A DNA stretch of 64,000 nucleotides from an uncultured Acidobacteriota bacterium (GTDB taxonomy: Bacteria > Acidobacteriota > UBA6911). The notes beneath the pieces were generated by a model. That model did no database searches. It was not told the origin of the DNA and saw nothing but the letters and a program-made list of their open reading frames with translations. Positions 60,861 through 64,000 of the stretch are shown one piece after another. Numbering within the stretch: position 1 is the stretch's first letter; each line of letters begins with the position of its first letter. The position numbers were made by a program, and so were the translations under genes. Location: the NCBI GenBank assembly GCA_963827655.1, contig CAWHCF010000049.1:320001-384000 (forward strand). The letters run 5' to 3'.

Positions 60861-61701
60861 ATGTCAGAACTACCAAACAAACTCTTTAATGTAGTCTGTT
60901 CTTGCCGGGGTGTGCATCCTTTCGCTCAGTTGCTCCAAGCCGCCGGAGACAAGCAAGGTGGAGCCACCGCCCCGAGCTGAGTCAAGATCAACTCCAGCGC
61001 CGGTCACGCCCAGGGGGATGCTCAACCCTCCGCCGCCCGAACCTGAGGAAGTCAACAGGGCGGTTAGACGCGTGTTCAAGGATGCCGTGATCATTGATAC
61101 CAGGAGCAGCCCCTATTTCATGGCAGGCGACTTCAACGGGGACCTTACACAGGACATCGCTGTAGTGGTGAAGCCCACCGTGGCCCGGCTGCCGGAGATC
61201 AATGACGAACTGGCCAACTGGATACTGGTGGACCTGAAGAACTCGTATCAGTCCAGGCCTCACGCTGGAATGGTGAGGCTGCCGCCAAGAGTTCGCGTGA
61301 ACGACGGAGACATTCTGTTGGCAGTCATTCACGGGTTTGGATTCAATGGCTGGAGGGACGATCAGGCAACCCAGACCTACGTGCTCAAGAATGCCGCCGG
61401 TGCCGGGATGAGGACCGAGGCGCGCCAGCAGGTGGTCAGGCCCGACACCCAGGACAAGCTGCCACGCATCCGGGGTGACGTGATCGCGCAGAGCATGGAG
61501 GGGCAGGCCGGCTTCCTCTATTACAACGGGGCCAGGTACGCCTGGTACGATCCGCGCACTTACAAGGCGGACGCGCTGGCCGGGCGGCCCACGGCAGGAC
61601 ACACGAGACGATGCGGTAGCGGGCAAGGCACTGAGGGTCGTGCGGTTTTCGGTGTGCGTCGGGCAAAACATTCAAGCTTTGCGGGCGGCGACGTGTGGTA
61701 A
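60861..61701 (+). CDS. Putative lipoprotein with GDFNGD (FG-GAP-like) motif; both ends uncertain
   Basis: Lipobox-like LSLSC after a hydrophobic stretch (start needs a 1-nt shift), Pro-rich linker, AGDFNGDLTQDIAVVV. Confidence 0.6.
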
Positions 61702-62082
61702 GCGGTCCGGAGAGTGCGCGACCGGCGATGTTGATGTCATCAGCCGGCCACGCGCTCGGTTGCTGCTCTATGGGTCGAGGTGGTGCGCCCCGTCAGCGCT
61801 CGACCGGCGGGACCCAGCGGAGAAGTTTCTCTCCAGGGGCTGGGTCTCTGCTGGCTGAGGATTCTCCAGAAGGGTTCCGGTACTCTTCGCACCGGCACAC
61901 ATCCCGAATCAACGGATCGCCGTCTCAGGGCAGGGCAGAACCGAACCGTGCGCCCGAACTGAGGGTTCCGGCTACGACATTACCCGCAGCGTCCTGAGCG
62001 CCCTGATGCCAGAACTGATTGCCGATGACGCCCAGATGTTCGAGGATAGTACACTCGGGAGATTCCCTGCCGCCGGTGAGGC

Positions 62083-62226
62083 GTAGATTACATTGATTGC
62101 GCCGGCATTCGTGAATCCCGCGACGTCTTCTTCCGCGACGCCGATGGCGAGGTCTGCAGCACCGTCACCGTTAAAGTCTCCGGTGGTGAGGGCCGACCCG
62201 AAGCGGTCGTTCTCCTCAGCCTCATC
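62083..62226 (-). pseudogene. Isolated FG-GAP (integrin-alpha-like) repeat fragment
   Basis: Minus strand reads DEAEENDRFGSALTTGDFNGDGAADLAIGVAEEDVAGFTNAGAINVIY with no start or context. Confidence 0.65.
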
Positions 62227-62684
62227 TAAGATCGCAGAACTTCACACTGGGCGAAATCAGTCATCGATCATGGACCAAACTGCTGCGGCTCGCAGGCTGC
62301 TCGCAACTCGCACGGTCGCATCCGACGATCCGAGCCTGGAGCATGCCGAAGGACATGCTGCCTGATCCAGTCCGGCCGAAGCTGGCCATGGCGCGTCGGA
62401 TGAAGCTGAAGATACGCCATGGTCGTGAACGTGTCTGGAAAATCGTAGAGACACGGGATCTTTTGGCGTAGAATCTGCGCGAACAAGGGGCCTGGCCGCT
62501 CAGATCACGCGCGGATTGTCCGTCGTTCGCAGAACGCGACATAATCCTGAACGTGGAAGCAGAGGCAGTCACGGCCTGGGCTTAGATGCCAAAGTGCCGC
62601 TTGTTTTTTCTATCCGCTCCCACGCGGAGTCTTTGCTGAGGAACGTGGTGCCGGGGAACCCGGAGGACCTGCTGGAAAAGGAGT

Positions 62685-64000
62685 ATGCCCATGAGCGATG
62701 ACGCCGACGGCGTCATGAACCGCGGCGCCGGTAGACCGCCGACCGACGAAGCCGAGGTGCGGGCAGCCGTCGAGCGAGCGCATGCGCTCCTCGGCGGCGC
62801 GGCCGGCCGTCGACGCCGACGACGTCGAGGCGCGCCTTACTCGCATCGGCGAGATGATCCGCCTGGCCAGGCGCCTGGAGCGGCCCGGCGGGCAGGACCA
62901 GGTGGCACGAGCGCTCGTCGAAAACGCACGGGCAGCCGCGATGGATCTGGCGCAGCGTCTCGACCTCGACCAATTCTCGGAACGCGCGAGGGATGGAACG
63001 GCCTCGATCGATGACTTCGCCGGGCTACGGCGGCGCATCGACCACACCATACGCGTGTCCAGACACCTCGAGTATTTCGGTGAGCGAACTCACGCACGGA
63101 CACTGTTGGCCAGCGCGCGGGTCGCTGCCATCAATCTCGCTGTTGACATCCTTCGCGGCGCCGGGAGCACGCCAGGCGAGACCTTGGCCCTGGCTAAGCT
63201 CCTCGACCGCCTTGACGAGTTCAACTTCGCGTGGAGGATTCTCGACAAGGCCCGCGAGCATCGTGACTTCGGCAGAGAGCCCGGCGAGCGGATCCGGATC
63301 GTCCAGAAGCGGGCACTCTACACATACAAGGATGTCACCCAGCCTCTCGGCAAGCGGCTCGACGAGGCGCTGACATTTCTTGAGAACGAGGCAGAGCTGA
63401 AGACAACGACAGATCAGGAGACGCTCGGCCTGGCGGGGGCTATCCACAAGCGGAAATGGGAGCTCACCAAGAACGACCGCCACCTGAACGACTCGTACGC
63501 CTATTACCATAAGGGATACGCCCAGAAGCCGTGGAAGGATCAGGGGTATACGAGCATCAACGCCGCCTACCTCCTGGACTTGCTCGCCCAGGCGCATCGA
63601 GCCCTGCCGGAGCAGGCCGAGGCACACCGTCATCGGGCAGACGAGATCAGGGCGGAGATCATCTCCGTCGTCCCCGAGATGCCGAAGCAGCCCGGTCAGG
63701 AGTGGCTGGAGGACATGTGGTTCTTCTACAGCACGGTCGGCGAGGCGTACTTCGGCCGTGGCGATTTCGACAAGGCTCACCTGTGGCTGGTGACCAAGCC
63801 GGAGCTGCGCGGTGTGCGCCCGCCGGACTGGGAGTTCGAGACGACGGCGCGACAGCTTGCCGAATTGGTGCGGATCCGAAATCCCGACGTCGACTTCGCG
63901 TCGACGCCGGCATGGATGGCCTTCAGGCAGTTCCTCTCTGAAAGCCCGCTCGGCGGGGGAGGCGACGTGAGCAGCGAGGCTGTGGGGCGGCTCGCCGACG
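62685..64000 (+). CDS. Large TPR protein (DUF4071/TRAF-binding-like), truncated by window end; frameshift at ~62800
   Basis: AAGGAG RBS; frame from ~62800 stays open to 64000: QKRALYTYKD..QETLGLAGAIHKRKWE..YY.KGY..GYTSINAA..WFFYSTVGEAYFG..WEFETTARQL. Missing from the ORF track because it has no stop. Confidence 0.75.

Overview
GC-rich bacterial window. Oar-type TonB receptor, DUF1080 and TPR-kinase genes suggest Acidobacteriota (inference). Many genes carry single-base indels, typical of an imperfectly polished long-read assembly. Layout: (1) 1-13.9 kb accessory genes: secreted protein triad, IS91 relic, amidohydrolase, TonB receptor, Ogl-like propeller, double esterase, ECF sigma. (2) 14.2-23.5 kb core block: coaD, Asp aminotransferase, OM barrel, sigma54 two-component pair, DAG-kinase family, der, IHF, MerR, tRNA-Pro(GGG), surE, tRNA-Pro(CGG). 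(3) A ~24-27 kb island downstream of tRNA-Pro(CGG). Its centre is a lasso-like RiPP operon with no lasso cyclase: B2 peptidase, 59-aa precursor, HPr-kinase-like protein, radical SAM/SPASM, PqqD/RRE, GNAT and nucleotidyltransferase. Around it are six secreted proteins (a 14-repeat Kelch protein, three SBBP propellers, a PD40-type protein and an S8 protease) that share one ~115-aa domain I cannot name. The three SBBP proteins begin with a motif (KTWREPKL) resembling the RiPP leader (KAWEEPRL), and two of them sit behind decayed copies of the radical SAM gene. (4) 47.8-64 kb mixed accessory genes: BNR protein, TA pair, DUF1080, aldolase, Ser/Thr kinase, phosphodiesterase, rhodanese, di-heme oxidoreductase and a TPR protein running off the end. 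All family calls are by-eye motif recognition; no searches were run.
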